A stretch of 64,000 nucleotides of DNA from Octopus sinensis (lineage: Eukaryota). Below the pieces are notes generated by a model, which worked only from the letters and a program-made list of their open reading frames with translations, was not told the DNA's origin and did not search any database. Each line of letters opens with the position of its first letter. The first letter of the stretch is position 1. The translations under genes were made by a program, and so were the position numbers. The stretch is from the NCBI RefSeq assembly GCF_006345805.1, contig NC_043005.1, positions 107,012,001 to 107,076,000 of the forward strand, read 5' to 3'. This document shows, one piece after another, positions 13,911-29,577 of this stretch.

Positions 13911-14150
13911 CCCACACGTGTCTCCACAAATAGGTACTCCGTGAAATAAACACGCGCAGACGAGGTTCGATTCATATGAAAAAGAAAGTGAACAAAATAA
14001 AAAAAATTATAGAAGTTATTGCATAGAATTTAAGAAGTGTTTCACAATCATACGTTTTTATACTCCGGTGAAATTAATAAATCAACTCGTAAATAAACGA
14101 AACCCTATAATCCATCATGGTACAGACACACACACACACACATACACACA
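13341..14150. repeat. Old diverged tandem duplication, ~300-410 bp unit, ~2.3 copies
   Basis: Block gaaattaa(g/c/t)aaatcaactc(g/c)taaat...aatccatca at ~13370, ~13780, ~14070; block cagacg(g/a)gg..cg(c/a)ttcat..gaaaaagaa at ~13545 and ~13955. Confidence 0.75.
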
Positions 14151-14234
14151 TATTCACACAAAGTCGCATATCTATGTATGCGTTTACGGATTTTTGAAGA
14201 CAATCAAACCAAATTTTCATCATTTCGAGACATT

Positions 14235-14270
14235 TCTCCAATCAGTATTTTCAATAACAACAACAGCAAC

Positions 14271-14343
<73 letters not shown>

Positions 14344-14391
14344 TTAGTAATGATAATAATAATAATAATAATAATAATAATATTAGTAATG

Positions 14392-14438
<47 letters not shown>

Positions 14439-14605
14439 TTTTTATTTTTTATTTACTTTTTTTTTTCATGTATTAGACATTCACTAGTACAATATATGGT
14501 ACACTAGGCATAACAACAACGTGAACTTCCAACCTGTTGTCTCTTGAGGTCTCTGGGTGAAACTTGGAGCCAACTTGTGCAGACATAAAGCAAAAGTCAA
14601 ACATA

Positions 14606-14667
<62 letters not shown>

Positions 14668-14754
14668 GTAATTATAATATTAATGATAATAATAATAATA
14701 TTATTAATGATAATAATAACAATAATAATAATAATAATAATAATATTAAAAATA

Positions 14755-14851
<97 letters not shown>

Positions 14852-14952
14852 CGATGATGATGATAACGATGACGACGACGACGATGACTACGATGACGAT
14901 GACGATGACGATGATGATGATGATGACGATGATGATGATGATGATGATGATC

Positions 14953-15019
<67 letters not shown>

Positions 15020-15020
15020 A
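14235..15020. repeat. (AAC)(AAT)(GAT)(GAC) trinucleotide fields
   Basis: Direct reading; interrupted by ~140 bp of unique sequence at 14465-14605. Confidence 0.95.
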
Positions 15021-15519
15021 AGACAATATATTATAGACTTGGAAAATCTGAAGCAATTTTCCCCTTAGCAAATCAAAAGAACCCCTCATGTAGGCGTTAG
15101 TGTAAAATTTTAACCTTACTGCCATTTCAACTGTACATCATCATATAGTCAAGATAGCAACAAAGCAATATAACATACAGTGATGTTAAGACAAGCCATT
15201 ATGATAAAACAAGAGAACATACGATAAAATACAAAGTTACGTAACATAATAAAGAAACTAAAAGTGCAATACGACATAAAACATATGCTACCTTCATATA
15301 AGTTTTTATTTACATTTATCTATATTTTGTCTGTAATTTCACTACAGCCCCCCTCTCTTTTCACTATCTTCTTTGAAACCTCAGCATTACATACAATCCT
15401 GCTTACACACACACACACACCCACACACACACACACACACACATATATAATATATTATATAATACACACAATATACATATATATATATTGTATTATATAT
15501 TACAGATATTATACATATA

Positions 15520-15657
15520 TATATATATATATATGCACATATAAATATATTATTTATGATGTATGCATATATATACACACATACACATATAAATATACAT
15601 TATATATATATGTATGTATGTATGTAATGTATGTATGTATGTATGTACGTATGTATG

Positions 15658-15702
<45 letters not shown>

Positions 15703-16026
15703 TATACGTTCATTTGAAACCAGTTTAAAGGTATTGACATGTTTATTTAAGTTTTAATGTTGTTTTCTTTATCTATGTAGTTGTATAGGTTTCTCTTCTT
15801 TTCCTCGCATGTGCTGCCTTATATTTTCGAAGATAAAAAAATGAAAATGAAGAATACGCATACAGAAAGCTAAACGCAGACATGAACATAGCCATAGCTA
15901 CAAGAATATACCTGTGTATGTGTTTGTGAATGTACACACACACACGTAAACACACATTTTTCCATACTCACAGATCCCAGCACATGTATATGTGTCTATG
16001 TATACATACATACATATATATATATC

Positions 16027-16082
<56 letters not shown>

Positions 16083-16226
16083 ATATAGAATATATACATA
16101 TAATATATATATACATATGTATATAGATATATATATAATACATATATACATATACATATATAATACATATATTCATACATATATATATAATATATATATA
16201 TAATATATATATATACACACATCATC

Positions 16227-16257
<31 letters not shown>

Positions 16258-16354
16258 CATAATATACATATATATATATATATATGCACATATAAATATA
16301 TATATTTATGAATGTATGCATAATATACACACATACACATATAAATATACATTA

Positions 16355-16390
<36 letters not shown>

Positions 16391-16419
16391 TGTAGTATGT
16401 ATGTATGTACGTATGTATG

Positions 16420-16460
<41 letters not shown>

Positions 16461-16769
16461 ATACGTTCATTGAAACCAGTTTAAAGGTATTGACATGTTT
16501 ATTTAAGTTTTAATGTTGTTTTCTTTATCTATGTAGTTGTATAGGTTCTCTTCTTTCTTCCTCGCATGTGCTGCCTTATATTTTCGAAGATAAAAAAATG
16601 AAAATGAGAATACGCATACAGAAAGCTAAACGCACATGAACATAGCCATAGCTACAAGAATATACCTGTGTATGTGTTTGTGAATGTACACACACACACA
16701 CGTAAACACACATTTTTCCATACTCACAGATCCCAGCACATGTATATGTGTCTATGTATACATACATAC

Positions 16770-16838
<69 letters not shown>

Positions 16839-16922
16839 TAATATACATATAGAATATATACATATGTATATATATATATATACATACATATATACATAAT
16901 ACATATATATATACACATATTC

Positions 16923-16963
<41 letters not shown>

Positions 16964-17000
16964 CACATTCGTAAATATATATATATATATATTTATATAT
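15520..17000. repeat. Near-identical ~755-bp tandem duplication (recent, or assembly artefact)
   Basis: Unique ~290-bp core at 15707-16000 repeated at 16464-16756, differing almost only by 1-2 bp indels. Confidence 0.85.
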
Positions 17001-18111
17001 GTATGCATGTATGTATTAACATCATATTTTAGTAGTTGGTAATTTACAGTTTGTATTTTTCCATCTTCCACCCGAGTCCAACCATAAGTCTTTACTGGAG
17101 ATAGGATGTCTGCCTATTGACAGGTGCTATCAGATAAAGTACATATATGAATAAATAAACTATATATGTATATATTTGTGTCTGCGTATCTGTGTGTGCG
17201 AATGTATGTTTATTTTTGTGTATACTTTTATTTTTCATTTTATTCAAGTCCACCATCATCAAAGTCACCTTGGAGAGCAAAATGAAACACACTACAAATA
17301 TAAATTGAAAAACTTACATGCATACATACATACATACATACATACATACATACATACATACATACATACATACATACATACATACATGTAGAAAAGGAAA
17401 GAATGGAAGTAAGAAGGTAAGAAAGAATGAACGAAAGTGAGAAAGAAATAAAGAGCATATGTAGTGAATTAAATAATTGTTTAAGATGTACGGTAACATC
17501 TTGCTTCACGCTTTTGTTCAAAGATAGAAATTTATTTATCTAAGCGACGCACACATTCGGACACACATACACAGTTACACACACAATTATACACTTGCAT
17601 ACGAGCAGGTGCGTCTATACATGTAAGAATGTGAATGTGTGTGTATGTGTGTATATATTCGTGTAAAATCGTTCGTTTTCCATCCTTGTTTTATATACAT
17701 TTGATCCTTTTTCCAAGAAATCTAATGCTCGTAGCTTAGTTTTTCCTTGGGGCTGGCCAGATTTGAGCAATTTCAAGATTAATAAGCCGAAATTGCGAGG
17801 AAGATCCGGTTCTTGATTGAAGATTAGAGGCTTCGAATGACCCATCCATGTATCTTGTATCGTCTATTTGAATGTTCTGCGTTCGTGTCCCATATTGTAT
17901 ATATATATCAATAAATATAAGGGTAGCAAAAAAATTATAGAAAAAATTCTCCGCTGCCAGCGGTCTAGTGAGACAGATATGACAGTCAAAGCCTATGTAA
18001 TATCCATTCAACAATATAAGGAATGGCCATAATAGGCCATTCGACTCACTAGAAAGAGCAGCCAAACTCAAACCGCTAAATAGTTGTAATTCTGAAATTG
18101 AAAGAGAAATA

Positions 18112-18305
18112 AAAACATTTACCCTTTTCATCTCTGGACTATGCATAGTTTCGACAAACTTTGCCTCGTGGACATATACTCGTCCTCGGCTTCTCTGTTG
18201 ACGAGACACGCCAGTTGTAAATAAATTTAATTTAATTTAATTAATTTGTTTACAAATGTTTGTCGAAAATATGCATAGTCCAGAGATGAAAAGGGTAAAT
18301 GTTTT
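18112..18305. mobile_element. MITE-like fold-back element, 48-bp inverted arms
   Basis: 18112-18159 vs reverse complement of 18258-18305: 47/48 identical. Confidence 0.75.
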
Positions 18306-18319
18306 CATTCGTCTAGAAT

Positions 18320-18900
18320 GATGTATACCATTTGTGATCCTGACCTGCAATATTTAAATCATATATCCGTATTACTAGAGCTATGTCTTAGTGCAAAGAA
18401 GAAGTGGATCGACCTGGAGAGACCTCTTGATCTTTGAACTAACTATATGTCCAATGTAGTAACCTTATTCCAGAGATACTTCGAAAGACCTTCATTTCCT
18501 CTACTTGCATTCGCGATCGTATTCTTTCGGTCATTACCCAACATTAATGACCACAAATTAGAAGAGACACAAAAACTGAACTAATGATACGAAGTTTTTT
18601 TTTTATTAACTTCTCTTCTGAAGAACGAATGTTGAAGGTAGGGCAATACTGTAACATCAGCTGCAACTCTAGCCTCCTATTCAGCCTCCTGCCTCCCATC
18701 ACTCATGGATGTGATCTACTTCCTCACGAGCCATTAAGAACTTATATGCGTTTTTCTTTCTACAGAGAATGGCATCCTTGGGAAGTGGAGCCCATACTTT
18801 GTTGATTCCCTAAATCCAGTTAAAATAAAATTTTCTGATGGACACGAGGTACATCAAGAGGCGAAGACTATCTATGTTGTAGCTTGAGTAACGGAGGCGA
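18320..18900 (-). mobile_element. Highly decayed RTE-clade LINE fragment
   Basis: Minus-strand pieces SDGRQEAE*EARVAA and MTERIRSRMQVEEMKVFRSISG...IKRSLQVDPLLL resemble the post-RT region of RTE elements. Confidence 0.5.
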
Positions 18901-19399
18901 TTTTTACGCTCAAATGTGACATGGACCTTGAGGAATATGAGATTCATATGCTAAAATTTATAAAGGGTGAATGTATTCTCTGGCTGTCAAGTGTATGCCA
19001 AGTGGTTTAGACCTGTTGAAAGACATTAAATCAATGGCCAAGTAATTGTACAATGTTTTAGAATCCATCATTTCCGCCAATTCCAGTTGGTTTCAATTTA
19101 CTATTTATTCTTCAAAGAATGATTAACGATAATTTACTAAAGTGTTCTGAGAATTTCGCAGTCATTCACCTCTTCAACTGCACTTTTGTGAACTTTGGAT
19201 AAAGCGACGTAACAACTGTTATGATAATAGCTAAAAGAATCGCATGATGGAATCGAGAGACCATTGGCTTCTATGGACAATATCATTTAGTATATTTTGT
19301 TTATGAGTTCAAATCAAAGTGAAATTCAATTTTCATTGCCATTATTTCGTGTTGTTCACTTTATAGTAAAATATGAACAATGAAAGTGCCAACATCTTG

Positions 19400-19990
19400 G
19401 CTAAAATCTTGAAGACTGCATTGAGCAAAGCTGTGCACCAGAGACTATATCTATCAGTAGACTGTTTAATATGTTCTACCTTCTTTAAGAGAGTTGAATG
19501 TTAATAGTGGAAATTCGACAGCTATTTCTAGCATATACAGTACATCTAGTAGCTCGCTTTGTCTTCCCCACAAACACTTTGCTCTTGTTTAGCCATAGTT
19601 CTGCTCTGGTCAAGCAGACAATTAATCAAAGACATTTCACTTTATAAAGCACACCTTATGTTCACTGTGTAATGAATTCTTCACTATGTCGAATCATTCA
19701 TAAGGATATCAGTTTGATATCATATCGATGTTTAGCTGCTATTTCTAGGCATATCTAGAGGCTGTCACATTTGCTTTGGTCATGTAGTAGTTATTCATAA
19801 GTTGTTTTTTTATTCTTGTTTAACACCAGGTCAGTTTTTGACCGAAGAGGCAAGAGGCATTCCGCATTTGCCCATCCTACGTTATCGAACGTGTTATTTT
19901 CAAAGGTAATGGGGTGTGATTTGAGGGGGTATTATACCAGTTTCTAGCATTTCGAACGAGAGCATAAAGGTACACCACACAAGCAATTGA
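19400..19990 (+). repeat. Three degenerate ~210-bp head-to-tail copies of an interspersed repeat
   Basis: Recurrent gct(gct)atttctagca at ~19521, ~19735, ~19941 and tcttgttta..cca..ggtca..caaag(a/g)catt at ~19584, ~19814; related motif near 11245. Confidence 0.5.
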
Positions 19991-20240
19991 TTTTGTTTTT
20001 TTACTATATTTATTGTTGTAGTTGAGATATATTGTCAGTGTATTACAGTTATATATTCAATAGGTAAGAGTTCAGAAGAAATTAGGGAGGAACCAACAAT
20101 AGAACCCAACAGAATTCTGCGGAATATTTCTTATAAAAGATGTAAGTTTTGAACAAAGTCAACGGTTTTGAAAGTAAATGTCATTGCTTTGTAATTTGGG
20201 CTTATTTCAGACCGATACAATATTAATATTGATATAGATA

Positions 20241-20290
<50 letters not shown>

Positions 20291-20470
20291 GTATATATAT
20301 CGTATATTTTTTATAAAACATACACGTACATATGCGTGCGTGCGTGAGCGCGGACGCATGTCAATATGTGCGCGTGTGTATATTGAATAAAAAGTGAGTG
20401 GTGATATATATTTACATATATGTAAATATACATATATATATATATCACATATATTTGCATATATCTATAG

Positions 20471-20503
<33 letters not shown>

Positions 20504-20849
20504 CATATATATATGTATATATATACACACACATACACACATACTCACACACACATACCGATATATAGGTATATTGCATGTTTTCTATATATACTTTTCA
20601 GTATTGGCCTTCATTTTATATCGTACCAAGACTTATGTTTTTTTTTTATATGTAAGGAGAAAAATTGAGAAAAACACCCAATAAAAAGTAAAAAGTACAA
20701 GAAAACAAACAAAGCAACACATATTTCTGATTTCCTTTTTTATTACAATGGACAATAGTAGCCTTCTTCAAGTATCCATTCTACCTCAGCGTTAGTATAT
20801 CCTGAACCCTACAGGTTAAATGTAAGTAATAATAATAATAATAATAATA

Positions 20850-20890
<41 letters not shown>

Positions 20891-21388
20891 TATATATATA
20901 ACAGTAAGAATACAATAATAATGATGTTGCTGCTTCTGCTGATGATGATAATGATGATGATGAGAATGAAGTGGTGGAGGAGAAGGAACGGGCATAGAAA
21001 TATTATTAAATGGCAACAATAAAAAAAAATACCATCGTCTCATCCCAAGCAAAAATGAAACCACGTTATCGGCAGCATCACCATCATTTTAACAACTACA
21101 GCCGCCGCCGCCGCATTCAACCACCACCAACACCACTGACCCCCACCACCACCACCACCACCACACCACCGCTACCACCATCCCCACCGCCACCATCAAC
21201 ACCAGTAGTGGTAGCAGCAGTGATGAAAGCAACAACAACAACGGCAATAACAAATCAACAATTTAACTAGAGAAGTAATTCAAATGTAAGGAGAAGGTTC
21301 TTAACAACAACAATACAAGAAGAAAAAGTAGAAGAAGAAGAAGAAGAAGAAGAAGAAGAAGAAGAAGAAGAAGAAGAAGAAGAAGAAG

Positions 21389-21420
<32 letters not shown>

Positions 21421-21769
21421 AGAGCAGCAACGCAACGGACTTCAACACCAGCCACATAACTACATCTACAACAGAGGCAACAGAAATAGATAGAATTTTT
21501 GAGAGAAAAAAAAAATAAAGACTAATATCAACTAAAAATGACCAAAAAAAAAGCCACCTGCATAAATATATTTATGCTCATATTTGTACATATATACTTA
21601 CATAGATATATGCACACACTTCTACGCATATGTATGTGTGTATACGTGTGCACCAACAATAAATAAAACAGCTTTATTGTATCCCATAATGCCCTGACAG
21701 GCAATATCCTAAATTTGATTGCAACTCTTTAGCTGGCAGGATATAGTAACTTTTCAACAAGCTCTATGT

Positions 21770-23830
<2,061 letters not shown>

Positions 23831-24454
23831 CACGCACATTCACACATGTTTTTTTTTAGTATGTAGCGTCGTGTTGTATACTCGACTATATTTTCTTCAG
23901 GATGAACAAAATGACACCTTCTGTCCCTGATAGAAATATTTTCTACAATCACGCTATATATAACTCACAAATTATTGGTTCTCTATTTTTTGTATCTAGT
24001 TGCACAGGTAAGGATAATTGTCCTCTAAAATTCTTCATGCTTCTTTTTATCCGCACGTACCCGAATGTGATTATGAATTATTATACACCAATAAAATTTA
24101 TAATGATTAAACATTTCATCGAAAGCAAATGTATAATTGTTTCAAATATTTGTCATTAAGTTTAGAGCGCGGTTGATCACAATACTTCTCCATTATTTCA
24201 GCTTAATGGCTTCGAAAGAAAGAAAAGCAAACCCAGGACGCAAAAGGCCAGAAGAAATGACTCAGAGATTTTTGTCCAACACTTTAACGATTCTTGCTCT
24301 AACAACTACAACAACAATATAAATCCTTTTTTATTGGCACAAAGCCTGAAATTTTGGTGGAGGGGCTAGTCAATTACATTGGCCCTAATGCTTGACTTAT
24401 TAAGTCAAATTCGAACTCCCACGGTGTTTGCAAATTTAACGATTCTGAAGACAG

Positions 24455-25350
24455 TGTGGTGGCAGAAATGCTAGCACGCCGGGCGAAGAATTTCGCAGTA
24501 TTTCGTCTGTCTTTACGTTTTGAGTTGAAATTACGTCGAGGTCGACTTTGCCTTTCATCCTTTCGGGGTCTATTAAATAAGTACTAGTTACGCACTGCGG
24601 TCGATGTAATCGACTTACTCCTCTTGTTTGTCCCCTTATGTATAGTCCCCTGTGGGCAATAAAGATTCTGAGGGCAGTGAGCTGGCAGAAACGTGAGCAG
24701 GCCGGGCGAAATGCTTAGCGGTATTTCGTCTGCCGCTACTTTCTGAGTTCAAATTCCGCCGAGGTCGACTTTGCCTTTCATCCTTTCGGGGTCGATTAAA
24801 TAAGTACCAGTTACGCACTGGGGTCGATATAATCGACTTAATCCGTTTGTCTGTCCTTGTTTGTCCTCTCTGTGTTTGGCCCCCTGTGGGTAGTAAAGAA
24901 ATAGGTATTTGAAGGCGGCGAACTGGCAGAAACGTTAGCACGCCGGGCGAAATGCGTAGCCGTATTTCGCCTGCCGTTACGTTCTGAGTTCAAATTCCGC
25001 CGAGGTCGACTTTGCTTTCCATCCTTTTGGGGTCGATTAAATAAGTACCAGTTACGCACTGGGATCGATATAATCGACTCAATCCGTTTGTCTGTCCTTG
25101 TTTGCTCCCTCTGTGTTTTGCCCCTTGTGAGCAATAAAGAAATAAGAAACTTTAGCACATCGTGCGAAATGCTTAGCGGTGTTTCGTTTGTCTTTACGTT
25201 CAGAGTTCAAATTCCTCCGAAGTCGACTTTGCTTTTCATTCTTTCGGGGTTGATAAATTAAGTACCAGCTGCGTACTGGTGTCGATCTAATCGACTGCCT
25301 CTCCCCTCATCCAAAATTTCGGGCCTTGTGCCTAGAGCAGAAAAAATAAC
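24455..25350 (+). mobile_element. Array of four co-oriented SINE family A units of different ages
   Basis: Units at ~24455, ~24671, ~24911, ~25146; last has an alternative tail (ccaaaatttcgggccttgtgcc). Confidence 0.85.
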
Positions 25351-25354
25351 AATC

Positions 25355-25856
25355 AGTGGTGTGAGAAGGATAGGGTGCATCAAAGTTAGTTGCTGAACAC
25401 TGACGTGTGTCTATAAAGACAATAAACACAGAGATGGTGTGGCAACTATACTTTGACTTATTCATGAAGATCTGAGCATGAACAAAATTTGTGCAATGTA
25501 TTTTTCTAGGGTGCTCAGTGACGAAAGTCTTGGTAACCAACTGACTGACAGTGATGGGCATCATTGCTGTCCCTCACACTCCCTTGATTCCAGACGTTGC
25601 TCTTGTGACTTCATTGTTCTCCAAACTGAGGGAAAACCTCACGAGCAATCATTTTAAAGACAAAGGAAGCTATAAAAACATATATATATCTTGCACGCCT
25701 TCACTTTCAGGTCTTCGATATGGATCCACGATGTGGATGAAGTGCATTGAAGTTGGTGTATCCTGCTTTGAAAGAGATTAGAGGTTTTTCTTCTTTGAAG
25801 TTACACAGCTGAGATACTCATAAAACCCAAAACTTCCGAGAATACAGCCTGTATAC
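25355..25856 (+). mobile_element. Internally deleted mariner relic (3' end with TIR-like terminus)
   Basis: LIHEDLSMNKICAMYFSRVLSDE (IHEDL..RK.CA.WVP), HTPLIPDVA...LFSKLRENL (HPPYSPDLAP), MWMKCIEVGVSCFERD*; end aaaacttccgagaatacagcctgTA. Confidence 0.7.
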
Positions 25857-26148
25857 AAACATACATATATGTATATATATAAGCATTCAAAGCAATGATT
25901 AGTAACTTACAAAACCGGTATGCTTGAATTTCTTTAACAATTCACAATAATGACTTTTATTACTTTTATTCCTACCTCAGTTCATCTAATTATATATATA
26001 TTTCGTTACTTTGCATAAAAAGCCTTTACATTTTTTGATTTACAATGTGTATTTTCGTTTATTTTTCTTACTTTCCCCTTACATTTCCACGTGTGGCATC
26101 TATGTTTTTTTGTAACATATTTCTATTATATATATATGTATATATGTA

Positions 26149-26234
<86 letters not shown>

Positions 26235-26235
26235 C

Positions 26236-26309
<74 letters not shown>

Positions 26310-26310
26310 G

Positions 26311-26345
<35 letters not shown>

Positions 26346-26658
26346 ATATACACACACACACATATATATATATATATACGTGTGTGGGTGTGTGTGTTTC
26401 AAAATTTAAACAGAAGCACAAAGGAACAAACGGAAAATACCCACGCCAGCGGAACGTTGCTCATTTCTCGTCAGTTATCATCCAAGAGATGCTTACAGAT
26501 TTATGCCTTTAACGATAATATTGTTCACTTATGGTGACATCAACGGCAAGAAGCTGCTCGGAATAGTGAGCGAGCGAGCGTTGGGGACCATGGTGGAAAC
26601 AAACATGCTACAAATGTGAGTATACAAAGTAAAATAAATATGTGTGTGTATGTATTTA

Positions 26659-26722
<64 letters not shown>

Positions 26723-27447
26723 TAATACGTATGTAAATATGAGTAAAGAAAAGGAGTTTCTCAAGGATGAACCTACTCGAATCAATATTGAAGGAATCTT
26801 TACCGTCCTCTTCAGGGAAATTGAGTCGTTCAAATATCGAAACTCCGAGTTGCAACATACACCGTCGCATATATCTCAATTATGTTCAATAATATTCAAA
26901 TCTACTAAATGGTCTAATTGCATTTCTCCCCTACACACACACACTCTCACGCATGCACACGCATGCAGACAAATGCACGCGCATAAACACATCTTTTCCC
27001 ATACACCTTTATACGCACCGTGTGATTTAGAGATATAATTATAGATTATATGCATACAAATTAAGACACACACACACACGTACGTCCACGCGTATATATC
27101 TATATGTTCGTGCATGTATACTTGCATGCGTGTCTGGCTATTGCACTGTATGTGAGTGAATTTACCCTGCTTTATGAATGTTCGGATTTATACATCACTC
27201 ATTTAAATCTTCAAAGCAAATTCAGTAGTATGTATATTTAAACATTCACCTGCAAACACACACACACACACACATACACACACACATACACACACACACG
27301 TAGATACACACATAGACAGGCATACACATGCACTCAGACATCCGTACATACACAAAAATATATATACGTATGCAAGAATCTACAGAAACGTATTCTTAAA
27401 TATATACATACATATACATATATATACATACATATATTTATATATAT

Positions 27448-27498
<51 letters not shown>

Positions 27499-27836
27499 CT
27501 AACGATAGGTGTATACTTGTAAATTAATGCGTGTTTGCGTATGTATAAAATATGTTTTATCTGTTTGTTCTCTTTAATGTGGTTACACAAATCCCGACGA
27601 AATATTAACTAGAAATTTTAGGAAACTAGAATGAAGCCTTTATACACGCATGCATTCGCATAAACCCAGAACAATCATCTATCTAAATATCTATCTATCT
27701 ATTTATTTATCTATCGATATTTATGTATTCGTGTGTGTATGTGTGTGTGTGTGTGTTTGTATGTGTGTATGTATATATATATTGTATATCTTATATGCAA
27801 ATATATACATACATGTAAGTACGGAAACATATATGT

Positions 27837-27871
<35 letters not shown>

Positions 27872-27883
27872 CTTGTATGTTCG

Positions 27884-27922
<39 letters not shown>

Positions 27923-28404
27923 CGCATGGGAGACTAACTCACATAAATTCTTTTATACACAGCACGATGCCATAGATTAATAACAAATAAAAAACTTACC
28001 CCACAAAACAATAATGAATAAAAAAGCAACTCTAAAAAAAGTATTTTTAAAATCAAAAGAACGAATCGAAATAACCTTATCTCACTACGTATGAAAATAT
28101 TTAATCCACTATTTTAATATTATTATTATCATTATTATTATTATTATTTTATTATTATTATTATCATCATCATCATCATCACCATCATTATCATAGCATC
28201 TAATTGCCAAAATCTAAGCCGATAAGCCATGAAAATTAGTTCAAAAAGCCTGGATATTTAATACTGTATCAAATCGCTTTTATGTATTCAGAACATGATT
28301 ATAATGAATATACTTCCTAAGCAAGGATTTTCTGTGTATTTTTTGTTTATTGTCTTGGTGTTGTTGTTGTTGTTGTTGTTGTTGTAGATGATGATGATTA
28401 TGTT

Positions 28405-28436
<32 letters not shown>

Positions 28437-28506
28437 AAATGCAGTAGCAATTGTTGTTGTTGTTGCTGCTGCTACTACTACTACTACCACCACCACCACC
28501 ACCACC

Positions 28507-28541
<35 letters not shown>

Positions 28542-29445
28542 CCTACAAACGAATTGAAGTGTTTATATTTTCCAATGAATGCTCATTAGATCTCTAAAAT
28601 ATAAAATGACTTAAATTGATGTCCAAAATATAAAATGTTTTTAAAGTGTCTTTGACATAACGGGATTGATTTAAAGAGAGAATTATGATAAAATACAAGA
28701 AAAACAAGACAGAATATATAATACAAGAACAGAAGGCTTAGCTATATTTTAAATTGTTTTATTACACATAGACAGATCCACAAAGTTTTAGGAGAACAAG
28801 ATGAGATTTCATGAAAGAAAATCACTTCATTTACGCCCAAAAAAAAGAAGAAAAAAGAAACAAAAAATAAAAGAAAAATTCACTTGAGATATTTACCATT
28901 TAATTTCATTTGGAATCAACGAAAAGGTGATTGCAACGCCACTCAGGGAGTTTAATCCTTGTTCGTTTATGTTGATACGAGCCGGTTTACTTTTGACTTT
29001 GCAAATATTTGTTGAGATATATTCCAGTTATGGCCTATCCTCTTTGTTCGGGCACAGTCTTTTTACTTTTGTGCATTGACAGTGAGAAAAGACTAACCAT
29101 TATTACGAGTCTGGTGGGAAGTAAGGAAGAGGTTGGACTCAAAAGATTTAACTCAGCTAAACTTGCTCAAGGCTCGTTTGTCAAACGAATGCAGAGATTA
29201 CGTTTCCTGCCATGAATACCTCAAACCTCTTCTCGCTCGCTCTAGAAATTTGGTCCATCTTCGGCTCTAGAAAGATGAAAGTCAAAGTTGACCAACACAT
29301 AATGTGAATAGCTGAGTATGGTTGGAATCAGATTTGGCTACGATTTGAAGGCAGGCAAAATGCTGCATAGAAGTTAAAGTTCTAGGCTTCTTGATATTTA
29401 GGCCGAGGTTAGTGTTCATCCAGTAGATGAATTAGTAAAGACATT

Positions 29446-29577
29446 CCAATCGTAATGAGCTACCCTTATCCGTAAATCATAGTATATCGAGATATTCCAG
29501 TCGTAATCAGCTAGCTTAGTCGTAAATCATAGTATACCAATCGTAATCAGGTAGCCTTATTCATAAATCATAGTATA
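29446..29577. repeat. Minisatellite, three ~41-bp copies
   Basis: cca(a/g)tcgtaat(g/c)ag..a.c.tta..c.taaatcatagtata at 29446, 29497, 29537. Confidence 0.85.

Noticed and set aside
29446-29577. CRISPR-like short direct repeats
   Set aside because: No unique spacers, eukaryotic context, no cas genes; treated as a minisatellite
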